From positions 10,249-74,248 of the forward strand of contig QCGE01000008.1 in assembly GCA_003278195.1 (NCBI GenBank): 64,000 nucleotides of DNA. Direction: 5' to 3'. Position numbers and translations under genes: made by a program. The notes below the pieces were generated by a model that made no database searches, was not told where the DNA came from, and saw nothing but the letters and a program-made list of their open reading frames with translations. This DNA comes from Prochlorococcus sp. AG-363-P08 (GTDB taxonomy: Bacteria > Cyanobacteriota > Cyanobacteriia > PCC-6307 > Cyanobiaceae). Shown here in pieces: positions 37,296-48,679 of this stretch. Position 1 is the first letter of the stretch. Every line of letters begins with the position of its first letter.

Positions 37296-37777
37296 GAGAG
37301 CAATCTAAAAACCTCGTTCCTATTGAGCCGTCTTAATGGGAGTTTGCCAAGCCTGTAAATGGATAAAAGTAAATTATTTTTTTTGAGTTCATAGGTGCTG
37401 GGCTTTGAGGGATAGGAGTCAAGGCTTTTAGTAAATAAGGATGAGACTTTATCGAATTTGAATACAAAGAATATAATAGATTCAGCTCTTTACTCAAAAA
37501 GATTCTGCCTTCTTTCGAAGCATGGGTTTTGAATTCTTCAAGCAGGATATAGATTATGCTTTTTATGATTTAACACAAGATCGCTGCATTGTTAAAAGTA
37601 TTAGAGAAGTCTTTTAAAGAGGCTACTTTACCAGAATTGACACTTAATATGACATCTCTCTAGATCGCTTTTATACCAAGGGATTTGTGCCTTAAGAAAG
37701 CACTTTGGATGACATCTTGTTCGGATCCCGCAACATGATAGATTCCGCGGGCCTTTATAGATAGAGCCTAGGCTCCT

Positions 37778-38251
37778 TTGCTGGTCTCTCCTCTCCTGAC
37801 TTCAAAAGTGGATCCTTCATATGAGGACAAGTTTTTGATGCAAGCAGATGAGGAAGCAGTTTCTGCAACTAAGAACCAACACAAAGCTTTGCCTTCTCCT
37901 GACATTGATGATTCCTCAGAGGAATATCTACGTCTTCAACGAAGAGCTCTTTTTGCGACGTTGGTCCTTTCCGCTTTAGCGGTTGCAATAACTGCAATTG
38001 TTTTTGAACGACATGTCGCTAGCAGTATTTTTGTTGGCGGATTATCCGGAGCTCTCTACTTGTGGCTATTAGCCCGTAGTGTCGGAAAGCTTGGGAAGAG
38101 TTCTCAGACAGTTGGGAAGACACAACTGCTTGTTCCTGTAGTGCTTTTCATAGCAGCTACTAGATTTGCACAATTGGATTTGCTACCAGCAATTCTGGGA
38201 TTTCTTCTCTATAAGCCTGCGATGATCCTGCAGGTTTTCTTGAGTGAATAG
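37778..38251 (+). CDS. atp1: ATP synthase protein I (atp1/uncI)
   Basis: First gene of the atp operon; hydrophobic; YLWLLARSV and GFLLYKPA. Confidence 0.88.
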   Translation: MLVSPLLTSKVDPSYEDKFLMQADEEAVSATKNQHKALPSPDIDDSSEEYLRLQRRALFATLVLSALAVAITAIVFERHVASSIFVGGLSGALYLWLLARSVGKLGKSSQTVGKTQLLVPVVLFIAATRFAQLDLLPAILGFLLYKPAMILQVFLSE

Positions 38252-38338
38252 CTTGAGAGAATAAGGATCGCTTGATAGTCGCTACTACATCGACTTTCTT
38301 CAAAACTTCTGTTTTAACTAACCACATTTCAAAGTTAG

Positions 38339-39064
38339 ATGGGTACTTTGCCATTTGTTTTGCCATTTGCTGAGTTAGAGGTTGGTCAACATCTCTACTG
38401 GCAAATTGGAAGCCTTCGGCTTCACGGCCAAGTTTTTATGACTTCTTGGATCGTGATTGGTGCACTTCTTGCTCTAGTGGTCGTTGGGACACAAAAGATG
38501 GAAAGAGATCCTCGAGGTGTTCAAAACCTCTTGGAGTTTTTGTGGGATTACATTCGTGATTTAGCAAGAACCCAAATTGGGGAAAAAGCTTATCGGGATT
38601 GGATGCCCTTTATAGGGACTCTTTTCTTATTCATCTTTGTAAGTAATTGGGGCGGAGCTCTAGTCCCTTGGAGGCTGATCAAGCTTCCTAGTGGAGAATT
38701 AGGAGCTCCTACGGCTGATATCAATACAACCGTGGCCCTGGCATTATTGGTCTCGCTTTCATATTTTTATGCGGGCTTGAGTCGGAAAGGATTGAGGTAC
38801 TTCGAGTACTACGTTCATCCAACCCCAATAATGCTTCCTTTTAAAATCGTAGAGGACTTCACAAAGCCTCTATCACTTTCCTTCCGTTTGTTTGGAAACA
38901 TCCTTGCAGATGAATTGGTTGTGGCTGTATTGGTTTTTCTTGTTCCTCTTGTCCTTCCTATTCCTGTAATGTTCCTTGGCCTTTTCACAAGTGCCATCCA
39001 AGCTTTGATTTTTGCGACCCTCGCTGCTTACTACATCGGTGAAGCGGTCGAAGAACATCATTGA
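38339..39064 (+). CDS. atpB: ATP synthase F0 subunit a (cyanobacterial name atpI)
   Basis: PTADINTT and [10 protein letters not shown] motifs. Confidence 0.98.
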   Translation: MGTLPFVLPFAELEVGQHLYWQIGSLRLHGQVFMTSWIVIGALLALVVVGTQKMERDPRGVQNLLEFLWDYIRDLARTQIGEKAYRDWMPFIGTLFLFIFVSNWGGALVPWRLIKLPSGELGAPTADINTTVALALLVSLSYFYAGLSRKGLRYFEYYVHPTPIMLPFKIVEDFTKPLSLSFRLFGNILADELVVAVLVFLVPLVLPIPVMFLGLFTSAIQALIFATLAAYYIGEAVEEHH

Positions 39065-39092
39065 TCAAAAGTCATTTTGCTAGGTCATATAA

Positions 39093-39479
<387 letters not shown>

Positions 39480-39484
39480 TTCCA

Positions 39485-39556
39485 AGTCGGAAAGAAGTTT
39501 AGAACTGGAACTTGAGCTTTAAAGCTAAAAGTTCCAGAGAAATTTCAAATCCGACT
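39485..39556 (+). other. long imperfect stem-loop downstream of the subunit c gene (mRNA stabiliser or partial terminator)
   Basis: Nested pairs AGTCGGA/TCCGACT, GAAGTTT/AAATTTC, CTGGAACTT/AAGTTCCAG and AGCTTTAAAGCT. Confidence 0.75.
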
Positions 39557-39621
39557 AAAGCTATTCTCCACAGTTTCTTTGCCGTTTAACGGCCATTTAA
39601 TCCGCTAATAGCCCCTTCTAC

Positions 39622-40083
39622 ATGACCAGCTTGCTCTTGTTCGGTGCTACTGAGGGAGGTCTGTTTGACTTCGACGCCACTCTTCCGCTTATGGCGGTTC
39701 AAGTGGTACTCCTCACTTTCATCCTTAACGCCCTTTTCTTCAGGCCTGTTGGTCGTGTTGTGGAGGAGCGTGAGGGTTATGTGATTAATACAAGAGCAGA
39801 GGCAAAGAAAAGGCTCGCTGAGGTTGAGAAGCTTGAGGCTGAACTTAGAGAACAGCTTAAAGAGGCTCGCCAGGCGGCTCAAAAGCTGATTAATGAGGCT
39901 GAACAAGATTCCGACAAGCTTTATCGAGAAGCATTGGCATTGGCTACTGCCGAAGCCAATGCTTCTCGAGAAAAGGCGCGTCGTGAGATTGACTCACAGC
40001 GAGAATCAGCCTTGAACCAACTCAAAGTTGATTCTGAAAAGCTTGGTGATTTGATTGTTGAACGCCTCTTGTCAGTCAAATGA
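39622..40083 (+). CDS. atpF2: ATP synthase F0 subunit b' (cyanobacterial name atpG)
   Basis: [14 protein letters not shown]. Confidence 0.95.
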   Translation: MTSLLLFGATEGGLFDFDATLPLMAVQVVLLTFILNALFFRPVGRVVEEREGYVINTRAEAKKRLAEVEKLEAELREQLKEARQAAQKLINEAEQDSDKLYREALALATAEANASREKARREIDSQRESALNQLKVDSEKLGDLIVERLLSVK

Positions 40084-40595
40084 ATTTTTCTTTAATTCTT
40101 GCTGCAGCTGGGTTTGGTCTCAACCTTGATTTGTTTGAGACAAATGTACTTAACCTTGCAGTTGTAGTTTTTGGTCTCTACAAATTCTTGCCAAATTTCT
40201 TGGGCGGGATTTTGAAAAGAAGGAGAGAAGCGATCTTGGTTGATCTTGAAGATGCCGAAGAGCGCATAGCTGGAGCTACAAAGGCTCTTGAGGAAGCTAA
40301 AAAAGAGCTTTCTGCAGCTGAGCAAAAGGCGAAGCAGATTCGCAGTGATTGCAAATCACGTGCAGAAGCTATTCGGTTGGAGAGTGAGAAACGTACTGTC
40401 GAAGAGATGGCTCGCATTAAACAAGGAGCTGCCTCTGACCTAAATGCCGAAGCAGCTCGTGTTAGTTCTCAGCTACGTTTAGAGGCAGCTCGTTTAGCTA
40501 TTGAGAAAGCTATGGCAGCTCTCCCTGGAAAGCTTGATGACCAAACCAAGGCAAATTTTGTAAGTCAGTCCATCAAAAATATGGGGAAATCTTGA
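40080..40595 (+). CDS. atpF: ATP synthase F0 subunit b
   Basis: [15 protein letters not shown] followed by a coiled coil. Confidence 0.95.
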   Translation: MNFSLILAAAGFGLNLDLFETNVLNLAVVVFGLYKFLPNFLGGILKRRREAILVDLEDAEERIAGATKALEEAKKELSAAEQKAKQIRSDCKSRAEAIRLESEKRTVEEMARIKQGAASDLNAEAARVSSQLRLEAARLAIEKAMAALPGKLDDQTKANFVSQSIKNMGKS

Positions 40596-41143
40596 TGCCA
40601 CTTTTAAATACCATCACAACCCCATACGCAGAGGCATTTCTTCAAGTTGCTGAAAGCCGTAAGGAGGTAGACAAGGTTGTCAAACAGGCAAAGTCTCTCC
40701 TGACTCTCTGGAATGAAACTCCTGAATTGAGTGACGCAATGTCTTCACCAGTTTTGGAAGTTGATTCAAAGAAGGATGTTCTTGAAAAGCTTTTTGCAAA
40801 ACAACTAACTCCCTCTTTCCTTAATTTTTTAAAGCTTCTGGCGGATCGGCAGCGTATCGGGTTGCTCGATTCGGTTCTTGAGCGGGTACTGGAGATTTAT
40901 AGGAAGCAAAGAAATATTGCTTTGGCAACTGTGACTTCAGCGTCTGATCTCACGGATGATCAACAAGCTGAGCTTTTAAAGAAAGTTCAGCTGATTGCCG
41001 GTACCAACAAACTAGAGATTGACCTTAAGGTTGATCCTGATTTGATTGGCGGTTTTGTCGTCAGCTTAGGCTCCAAGATTATCGATGCCAGCCTTTCTGG
41101 GCAGGTTCGTCGCCTGGGATTGGCGCTGGCCAAGGTCAGTTAG
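40595..41143 (+). CDS. atpH: ATP synthase F1 subunit delta (cyanobacterial name atpD)
   Basis: PYAEAF and VDPDLIGG...IDASL. Confidence 0.96.
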   Translation: MPLLNTITTPYAEAFLQVAESRKEVDKVVKQAKSLLTLWNETPELSDAMSSPVLEVDSKKDVLEKLFAKQLTPSFLNFLKLLADRQRIGLLDSVLERVLEIYRKQRNIALATVTSASDLTDDQQAELLKKVQLIAGTNKLEIDLKVDPDLIGGFVVSLGSKIIDASLSGQVRRLGLALAKVS

Positions 41144-41156
41144 CTTCATCTGCTGA

Positions 41157-42728
<1,572 letters not shown>

Positions 42729-42764
42729 TGACTTTATTGAAGGACATTAAGGAGGTATCAACTT

Positions 42765-43715
42765 ATGGCTAATTTAAAGGACATTCGCGACCGAATTGTT
42801 TCGGTTAAGAACACTCGCAAGATTACTGAGGCAATGCGCTTAGTCGCAGCTGCCAAGGTACGTCGAGCACAAGAGCAGGTACTTAGAAGTCGACCATTTG
42901 CAGACCGCTTAGCGCGTGTATTGGAGAATATTCAAACTCGGATACAGTTTGAGCTAGCAGATGCTCCTCTACTTAAGACACGTGATGTCAAGTCAATCAC
43001 CCTTGTTGCTGTTACAGGTGATAGAGGCTTATGTGGTGGATACAATTCAAACATTATTAAACGAACAGAGCAGCGTTATCAGGAGCTGGAGTCCCAAGGT
43101 TTCAATCCTGATCTAGTTCTCATAGGTCGTAAAGCAATTACTTATTTTCAGAATCGATCGAGTGTTTATAGCATTCGCTCCACTTTTGCTGATCTTGAGC
43201 AAGTTCCTACTGCTGTTGATGCAGAATCAATTACAAGTGAGGTATTAGCAGAGTTTTTATCTCAAAGTACTGATCGAGTAGAAATGATATATACCAAGTT
43301 TATTAATCTTGTTAGTTGTAATCCTGTAGTTCAAACACTTTTGCCTTTGGATCCCCAGGGAATAGCAGCAGAGGAAGACGAGATATTTAGATTAACAACC
43401 AAAGATAGTCGTTTGACTGTGGAGACAGGTTCTGGCCCAGCTAATGAGCAACCTTCATTACCATCAGATATTGTTTTCGAACAAAGTCCTGAGCAATTGC
43501 TAAATGCATTGCTACCTCTTTACTTGCAGAACCAGTTATTACGTGCATTGCAAGAGTCAGCTGCATCCGAGCTTGCTAGCAGAATGACTGCAATGAATAA
43601 TGCAAGTGATAATGCTAAGGAGCTTGCAAAGACTCTGACTCTTGATTACAACAAAGCACGCCAAGCAGCTATTACCCAAGAGATTCTTGAAGTAGTAGGT
43701 GGCTCTTGCGCATAA
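42765..43715 (+). CDS. atpG: ATP synthase F1 subunit gamma (cyanobacterial name atpC)
   Basis: KITEAM, DRGLCG and [10 protein letters not shown] motifs; SD TAAGGAGGT at 42748-42756. Confidence 0.98.
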   Translation: MANLKDIRDRIVSVKNTRKITEAMRLVAAAKVRRAQEQVLRSRPFADRLARVLENIQTRIQFELADAPLLKTRDVKSITLVAVTGDRGLCGGYNSNIIKRTEQRYQELESQGFNPDLVLIGRKAITYFQNRSSVYSIRSTFADLEQVPTAVDAESITSEVLAEFLSQSTDRVEMIYTKFINLVSCNPVVQTLLPLDPQGIAAEEDEIFRLTTKDSRLTVETGSGPANEQPSLPSDIVFEQSPEQLLNALLPLYLQNQLLRALQESAASELASRMTAMNNASDNAKELAKTLTLDYNKARQAAITQEILEVVGGSCA

Positions 43716-43814
43716 TCATCAGCCAATAAATTTAGTTAAATTCCTTTTGGTTTTCTATACCTTTAAAAATCGATAATAAATTGATTAGTGTTTTATGTAA
43801 CTCATACTTGAAAA

Positions 43815-44006
43815 GTGAAGATAGATTTTATTGAGCTGGATCTGAAATGGCAGAAGGAGATGCCTCTCTGTGAGTTGCGTTTATGGATTGTCCATGAGAT
43901 TAGTAACTATGGCTATCCATTGCGTTGGGCTGTCACTTCATCAAAACCTTCTCAGGATGGCAGTTGTCGAAAAGTAAAGATTGAGGCATTAGTCATATTT
44001 TCATAA
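43815..44006 (+). CDS. conserved hypothetical protein
   Basis: LRLWI...G.PLRWAVT...IEAL pattern; fills the gap. Confidence 0.65.
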   Translation: MKIDFIELDLKWQKEMPLCELRLWIVHEISNYGYPLRWAVTSSKPSQDGSCRKVKIEALVIFS

Positions 44007-44026
44007 AGGTAACCAAGTAATCAGTT

Positions 44027-45166
44027 ATGTCACACACAGTTTTTCAAAATAATTCCTGGAGTCATCCACCAATGCCTACCTTATTGGTTGTTCCTTCAGG
44101 TATTGGTTGTGCTACTGGCGGCTATGCAGGGGATGCAATTCCAGTAGCGCGGATGTTGGCATCAACGAGTGGATGTTTAATAACGCATCCAAATGTGATG
44201 AATGGAGCATCGTTGTATTGGAGTGATCCACGTATTTTTTATGTTGAAGGTTATTCCTTAGATCATTTTGCGATCGGCGAGATTAATTTGCGTCCTGTTC
44301 GACAGCAGAAGATTGGATTGATTTTAGATGGAGGTATTGAGCCTGATCTACAACTAAGACATCTTCAGGTTTTAGATGGTTGTCGTGCGAGTCTTGGCTT
44401 AGATGTTTCGAGTGTTGTTACTACTGATATGCCTTTAGGGGTGACTCTTTGCAAAGGCTCGAGTGGTGCTAGTTGGGGCTCTTTAGAACATCCAGACTCT
44501 TTGCTGCGTGCTGGTGAAAATTTAAAGAAATCTGGCACTACTGCTATTGCAGTAGTGACTAGATTTCCTGATGAACTTCCAACTAATCGTGAACTTCAAT
44601 CTTATCGAACTGGTAATGGTGTAGATGCTTTAGCTGGGGCCGAGGCTTTGATTAGCCATCTTATGGTTCGCCATCTTGGTATCCCTTGCGCTCATTCACC
44701 AGCAATCAATTTTTTGCCTTTGGAGCCAGGCTTAGATCCAAGAGCAGCAGGGGAGGAATTAGGCTTTACTTTCTTAACTTCTGTATTAGTAGGCCTTAGT
44801 CGTGCTCCTGACCTTATTTTTGTGCAGGACTTTTTGGGTCAAGGAACTTTTGCAGAGCCTTTCAATAGATGTATCTCTATTGAAGACGTGGGTGCTGCAG
44901 TAGTTCCTGAAGGGGCGCTTGGCGGTCCTGCAATACTTGCCTGTTTTGAGAGAGGGATTCCTGTCATTGCTGTAAAAGATCCCTCAGTACTTCATGTGAC
45001 TAAAGATGCTCTTGGTTGTGACAATGACTTTTATAAGAATAATGGGAAGGCTCTCTTGAGCGCACAAAATTATATAGAGGCTGCTGGTTTATTGGCACTT
45101 ATTCGCGAAGGAATAGCAATAGAGTCATGTAGGCGACCTTTGAAACCTTTACTGGAGAATAGTTAA
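44027..45166 (+). CDS. DUF3326 domain protein
   Basis: VPSGIG...GGYAGDA, ITHPNVMN, GVDALAGAEA.ISH and PRAAGEE motifs. Confidence 0.85.
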   Translation: MSHTVFQNNSWSHPPMPTLLVVPSGIGCATGGYAGDAIPVARMLASTSGCLITHPNVMNGASLYWSDPRIFYVEGYSLDHFAIGEINLRPVRQQKIGLILDGGIEPDLQLRHLQVLDGCRASLGLDVSSVVTTDMPLGVTLCKGSSGASWGSLEHPDSLLRAGENLKKSGTTAIAVVTRFPDELPTNRELQSYRTGNGVDALAGAEALISHLMVRHLGIPCAHSPAINFLPLEPGLDPRAAGEELGFTFLTSVLVGLSRAPDLIFVQDFLGQGTFAEPFNRCISIEDVGAAVVPEGALGGPAILACFERGIPVIAVKDPSVLHVTKDALGCDNDFYKNNGKALLSAQNYIEAAGLLALIREGIAIESCRRPLKPLLENS

Positions 45167-45190
45167 TTCGTCTTTCAAGCTTTAGAACTG

Positions 45191-46330
45191 TCAACGTAAG
45201 CAAGCCATTGGGTGTCGTGGTGATATTTCAAGGGCTTTTGCAACTCCTGGATGGCATACTGACCCACTAATTGTGTTTAATCCAGAAAGCAGTTCTGGGC
45301 GGTCAGTAATTGCTTTTTCAAGACCTCTTCCAGCAATACTAAGGATGTATGGCAGCGTTACGCTAACCAATGCTTCGGTTGAGGTAAATGGCACGGCACC
45401 AGGCATATTTCCTACTGCATAATGTTGGACTCCATGGATTTTTACTGTTGGGTTCGTGTGAGTTGTCTCAATGCTGGTTGCAACACAACCTCCTTGATCA
45501 ATGGCTACATCAACGACTACTGAGTTTGGTTTCATTTGCTTGACCATTTGTTCATCAATTAATGTTGGTGCACGATCACCTGGTGTTAGCACTGCTCCAA
45601 TTAAAAGATCTGCTGTAGGGACAAGCCTTTCTAATAAGCCCTGACTGCTGACGAGACTTACTAATCTGCCTTCTCGGTTAGCTTCAAGTGTGCGCAATCT
45701 TTCTGGTGAGCGGTCAAGAAGCATTACTTCAGCATCCATTGCTGCAGATAGCCTTGCAGCATTCCATCCTACGGTTCCAGCTCCTAATACAATTACTCTT
45801 GCTGGCCTGATGCCAGTACAGCCACCTATTAGAACACCACTCCCTCCATGGGGACGTTCAAGTAAATGAGCACCTACTTGGGCTGCCAAACGACCCGCAA
45901 TCTCACTCATAGGTGCTAATAGTGGAAGTGACCCACTTTCCATCTGGACTGTTTCATAACCAATCCCAGTTGCACCTGTATGTATAAGGGCTTCGCCTAC
46001 TTTTGGGTAGGCAGCAAGATGTAAATAGGTAAATAAAACCATGTCTTCTCGAAGAAATTTAAATTCTTCTATTTGGGGCTCTTTTACCTTTACTACAAGG
46101 TGAGATGCCCAAGCTTCTTGTTGGCTAACGATTCTTGCGCCTGCTTTTGCAAAAGATTTGTCATCTATGCCTGCACCAGTTCCTGCTCCAGATTGGACTC
46201 TTACTTCTAACCCTTGTGTTACTAGCTCTTGTACTCCATCTGGAGTTAGGGCGACACGAAGTTCATCCGATTTGATTTCGGCGGGTACCCCAATGGTTGC
46301 CATGGGGGTGGAAAGAACAGAGGATGCCAT
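45191..46330 (-). CDS. ald: alanine dehydrogenase
   Basis: IGVPAEIK.DE.RVALTP, KVKEP, LLAPMSEIAG, VDVAIDQGGC and NMPGAVP motifs. Confidence 0.96.
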   Translation of the reverse strand: MASSVLSTPMATIGVPAEIKSDELRVALTPDGVQELVTQGLEVRVQSGAGTGAGIDDKSFAKAGARIVSQQEAWASHLVVKVKEPQIEEFKFLREDMVLFTYLHLAAYPKVGEALIHTGATGIGYETVQMESGSLPLLAPMSEIAGRLAAQVGAHLLERPHGGSGVLIGGCTGIRPARVIVLGAGTVGWNAARLSAAMDAEVMLLDRSPERLRTLEANREGRLVSLVSSQGLLERLVPTADLLIGAVLTPGDRAPTLIDEQMVKQMKPNSVVVDVAIDQGGCVATSIETTHTNPTVKIHGVQHYAVGNMPGAVPFTSTEALVSVTLPYILSIAGRGLEKAITDRPELLSGLNTISGSVCHPGVAKALEISPRHPMACLR

Positions 46331-46394
46331 GGGGGCGAAATAACTTGTATATAGCTTGGCTATACAACATCATCCTAACCAGAAGTTTATTGCT

Positions 46395-48089
46395 TCAGGA
46401 TGATGCTATTGGCCTTCTCCATCCACTCCCAAAAGCTTGTGGAGTTACCTTTAAGACAGGAGGTGCTTGTTTGCGTTTGAATTCACCCTTTTTTAATAGA
46501 TCCGCTACTTTTCTTACAATCTCTGGTGGATGACCTTTTGAAATAAGTTGTTTGGTATTTAGCTTTTCTTCAATAAAATCTTTGAGAATAGAATCAAGTA
46601 ACGAGTAATCCGGTAAAGAATCAGTATCAAGTTGATTTTCCCGTAGTTCAGCACTTGGAGCCTTTTCTCGAATTGCTTTTCCAACGATTTCTCCCAATGA
46701 GGGGAGTTGCATGTTTTTGCGAAAAGTTTGAGTTGACTTTTGATCTAGCCAAGCACAAAGGTCGAAAACAGTAGTTTTATATAAATCTCCTATTACGGAA
46801 AGCCCGCCATTCATGTCTCCATAGAGTGTGCAGTAGCCAACAGCAAGCTCAGATTTGTTGCCTGTTGATAAAAGAAGTTTTCCATGTTGATTGGCTACTG
46901 CCATTAGCAAAGTTCCACGTATTCGTGACTGTAAGTTCTCAGCAGCAAGTCCATGAGGTGTTTCTCCCACTGACGTCGAGAGTGTTGTATCGAAACAGTC
47001 CATCAATCTCTTAATAGGAATAGTTTGACTTTTGATACCTATTCGATTAGCCAGATCATTTGCATCTTTAATGGAGTGGTAGGAACTCCATGGAGAGGGC
47101 ATAAGTATTCCGGTAATATTTTCTGCACCCAAAGCAGCTGCAGCAATAATAGCTACCAGTGAGGAGTCGATTCCTCCACTCAGGCCTATTAATGCTTCCT
47201 TAAAGCCACATTTGACTGTATAGTCGCGAACTCCTAAGACCAGAGCCTCGAAAAGCTCTTCCATAGCATCTTCATTTGGATCTTGGAGTCTTTGAGTTTT
47301 GCTTTTCGTATCCCATATTGCCAATGCTTCCTTGCATTTCGGCAGTTGAAGAGCAACCTTTTTATGTTGATCTAGAATGAAGCTTGCTCCATCGAAAATC
47401 AGTTCATCGTTAGCACCAACTTGATTGAGGTAGATGACAGGACATCCAAGTCTCGTGCCTGCCTTGGCAGCTAGACTTTTTCTTAGTCCCTCTTTGTCTG
47501 AGTTAAATGGAGAAGCAGATAGGTTGATAAGAATATCAATATTTTTAGACACGAGTTGTTCGATTGGATCAGGACCATTGAGGCGATGTTTTTGTATAGA
47601 AGCTTCAACCCATAGGTCCTCGCAGATGGTTATGCCTAGTCGCCAGGACTTGTCTTCATTTTGAAAAGTAATTATTCCTGGTGATTCAGCAGGACGGAAA
47701 TAACGTGTTTCGTCAAAAACATCGTAGTTAGGAAGTAATTGTTTGCGTGAGACTACCTTCCAACCAGTATTTTCAACTAAGACAACGGAATTAAATAGTT
47801 TGGGAATTTGTTGATCTCCTGTAGCTTCGGCGATCCCAACTAATGCCTTTAGATGAGGTGCTTCACGAGCAATAGTGGCTGAAAACTTTTTCAGAATGTT
47901 TTGCTGTTGGTCGATTTGTATTTCATTTAGTAGTAGATCTTTTGGTGGATATCCCCATAATGAAAGTTCTGGTGTAAGTAGAACATCCGCTTCAAGAGAA
48001 GCTGCTTCTTTGAATGCAGCTTCGATACGGGTTGCATTTCCACTGAGATCTCCAACTAGAGGGTTTAATTGGGCTAAAGCGAATCTCAT
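46395..48089 (-). CDS. nadE: glutamine-dependent NAD+ synthetase
   Basis: CN-hydrolase domain (PE, KQLLPNYDVFDE, ICEDLW) plus GLSGGIDS and TGNKSE. Confidence 0.96.
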   Translation of the reverse strand: MRFALAQLNPLVGDLSGNATRIEAAFKEAASLEADVLLTPELSLWGYPPKDLLLNEIQIDQQQNILKKFSATIAREAPHLKALVGIAEATGDQQIPKLFNSVVLVENTGWKVVSRKQLLPNYDVFDETRYFRPAESPGIITFQNEDKSWRLGITICEDLWVEASIQKHRLNGPDPIEQLVSKNIDILINLSASPFNSDKEGLRKSLAAKAGTRLGCPVIYLNQVGANDELIFDGASFILDQHKKVALQLPKCKEALAIWDTKSKTQRLQDPNEDAMEELFEALVLGVRDYTVKCGFKEALIGLSGGIDSSLVAIIAAAALGAENITGILMPSPWSSYHSIKDANDLANRIGIKSQTIPIKRLMDCFDTTLSTSVGETPHGLAAENLQSRIRGTLLMAVANQHGKLLLSTGNKSELAVGYCTLYGDMNGGLSVIGDLYKTTVFDLCAWLDQKSTQTFRKNMQLPSLGEIVGKAIREKAPSAELRENQLDTDSLPDYSLLDSILKDFIEEKLNTKQLISKGHPPEIVRKVADLLKKGEFKRKQAPPVLKVTPQAFGSGWRRPIASS

Positions 48090-48679
48090 TATTTGTTAGT
48101 TGTTAGGCCATAAAGGTTTTGCTCTAACAGCATTGGCAAGATGGCTATAGGTATATCAGAAGTGTTTGACTCCTCTCGAATCATTGAACTTGCTGTAGCG
48201 GGAATTTGTAAGGGGAGAATGTCTATGCGTCCACCTAAAGACTGGAGGGTTTCTAACTGTTGTTTACTTACAGGCCAACCCTGTCTTGGTGCAATACCAA
48301 TACGAGCGATATTTAAGACTTCTTTGGCTTTAACCCAAGTTGGGATTTGATTGGTCAGATCACTTCCGATGACAAAAGTCAGCTCTGCATTAGGCCATAG
48401 AATCTTGGCTTTTTTTAAAGTTATAAGGGCTAGTGGGCTACTAAGATCTTGAACTAATTCAAGTCCAGGATGTGATATCCAATCCACCAGTACTTTCAGC
48501 ATTTCGTGACGCTTAACTAAATTGGCTTTATGTTCCTTCATAGGGTTGTTGCTGGCCCAAGTAGCTACTCTTGGAAAAAGAGTTAACAACCCTTGTAGAA
48601 GAGCTTGATGTCCACATGTAGGTGGGTCAGCACTAGTCCCTAAGAGTGCAATTTTTCTATTTTTTGTTTCATCGCTCAT
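48089..48679 (-). CDS. nadD: nicotinate-nucleotide adenylyltransferase
   Basis: GTSADPPTCGH and IGSD motifs; coupled to nadE. Confidence 0.9.
   Translation of the reverse strand: MSDETKNRKIALLGTSADPPTCGHQALLQGLLTLFPRVATWASNNPMKEHKANLVKRHEMLKVLVDWISHPGLELVQDLSSPLALITLKKAKILWPNAELTFVIGSDLTNQIPTWVKAKEVLNIARIGIAPRQGWPVSKQQLETLQSLGGRIDILPLQIPATASSMIREESNTSDIPIAILPMLLEQNLYGLTTNK

Noticed and set aside
37388-37402. 15-nt inverted match to 16342-16356 (CCCAGCACCTATGAA)
   Set aside because: A few 15-mer matches are expected by chance within 64 kb on two strands
37441-37461. MRLYRI* resembling the ApcC N-terminus
   Set aside because: Only six codons, and on the strand opposite to where apcC would be expected
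43770-43792. Fur-box-like AT-rich sequence after atp-gamma
   Set aside because: Only the GATAAT half matches and there is no dyad symmetry
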